From Chiloscyllium plagiosum (Eukaryota), in contig NC_057718.1 in the NCBI RefSeq assembly GCF_004010195.1, forward strand, positions 47,000,627-47,035,198: 34,572 nucleotides of DNA, read 5' to 3'. Both the position numbers and the translations under genes were made by a program. This document shows positions 33,729 through 34,572 of this stretch, in pieces. Position 1 is the first letter of the stretch, and each line of letters opens with the position of its first letter. The notes below the pieces were generated by a model that was not told the DNA's origin, made no database searches, and was given only the letters and a program-made list of their open reading frames with translations.

Positions 33729-34572
33729 AGGTAAAAACAAGGACTGCAGATGCTGGAAACAAGAGTCTAGATTAGAGTAGTGCTGGAAAAGCACAGCAGG
33801 TCAGGCAGCATCCGAGCAGCAGGAAAATCGACGTTTCAGGCAAAAGCCCTTCATCACTAATAGAGGCAGGGTGTCTGCAGAGTGGAGAGATAAAAAAGAT
33901 GGGGGGTGGGGGTGGGGAGAAAGTAGCATAGAGTACAATGGGTAAATGGGGGTGAGGATGAAGGTGATAGGTCAGAGAGGAGGGTGGAGTGGATTACTTT
34001 TACAATCAGGACTACCGCCCACCTTCCGAGGACCCCTTTGCCCGCCTCCTACACACACCATCTACCTGGACACCCCGTGCTGGCCTATTACCTGCCTTCT
34101 ATCTCTTCATTTCCAACTGCTGCCGAGACATTAACCACTTCTACCTGTCCACCCCCTCCCCCACTCCAATCTCTCACCCTCACAACGCACAGCCCTCCAT
34201 TCCCTCTGCTCCAATCCCAACCTCACCAACAAACCAGCAGATAAAGGGGGGGCAGTGGTAGTTTGGCACACTGACCTATACACCGCTGAAGCCAGACGCC
34301 AACTCAAAGACACCTCCTCGTACCGCCCCCCTCGACCATGACCCCACCCCCATCACTAAACTGTCATCTCCCAGACCATACAGAACCTCATCACCTCAGG
34401 AGATCTCCCACCCACAGCTTCCAACATCATAGTCTGGGAACCCCACACTGCCCGGTTCTACCTCCTTCCCAAGATCCACAAACCTGACCACCCTGGCTGA
34501 CCCATTGTCTCAGCATGCTCCTGCCCCACTGAACTCATCTCCACCTACCTTGATACTGTCCTATCCCCCCTA
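33729..34572 (+). mobile_element. Penelope-like retroelement: inverted terminal repeat (33729-33994) followed by RT ORF fragment, running off the window
   Basis: Antisense family-A repeat, then PNLTNKPADKGGAVVVWHTDLYTAEARRQLKDTSSY...[35 protein letters not shown] (DKG and LPKIHK..RPIVS motifs of PLE RT), with stops and frameshifts. Confidence 0.92.

Overview
AT-rich vertebrate non-coding DNA (intergenic or intronic), almost certainly from a cartilaginous fish. HE1-type V-SINEs and HER1/CR1 LINEs point to a shark; a carpet-shark-like species is my inference. No intact host protein-coding gene is recognisable, and every ORF I can identify is a decayed transposon fragment. The window holds CR1/HER1 LINE pieces (ORF1 esterase, endonuclease, RT), a second CR1/L2-group LINE family with a SINE that shares its tail, an RTE LINE, several tRNA-derived SINEs, Harbinger transposase and Myb/SANT relics, and many Penelope-like element (PLE) derivatives. 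Four things stand out. (1) At least three, perhaps four, PLE families carry minimal hammerhead-ribozyme cores; six insertions are TSD-flanked fold-back elements with a 27-41 nt unpaired tail. (2) Two of these insertions carry foreign cargo (an old SINE, a CR1 fragment) inside their TSDs. (3) A ~2.2 kb degenerate tandem array (5371-7572) of ~200-260 bp units has a conserved POU-like motif block and is interleaved with tRNA-like heads; I cannot assign it to a known family. (4) There are a few isolated splice and RFX-like signals. None of these is proven to be a new biological system; family names come from motif recognition, not database searches.
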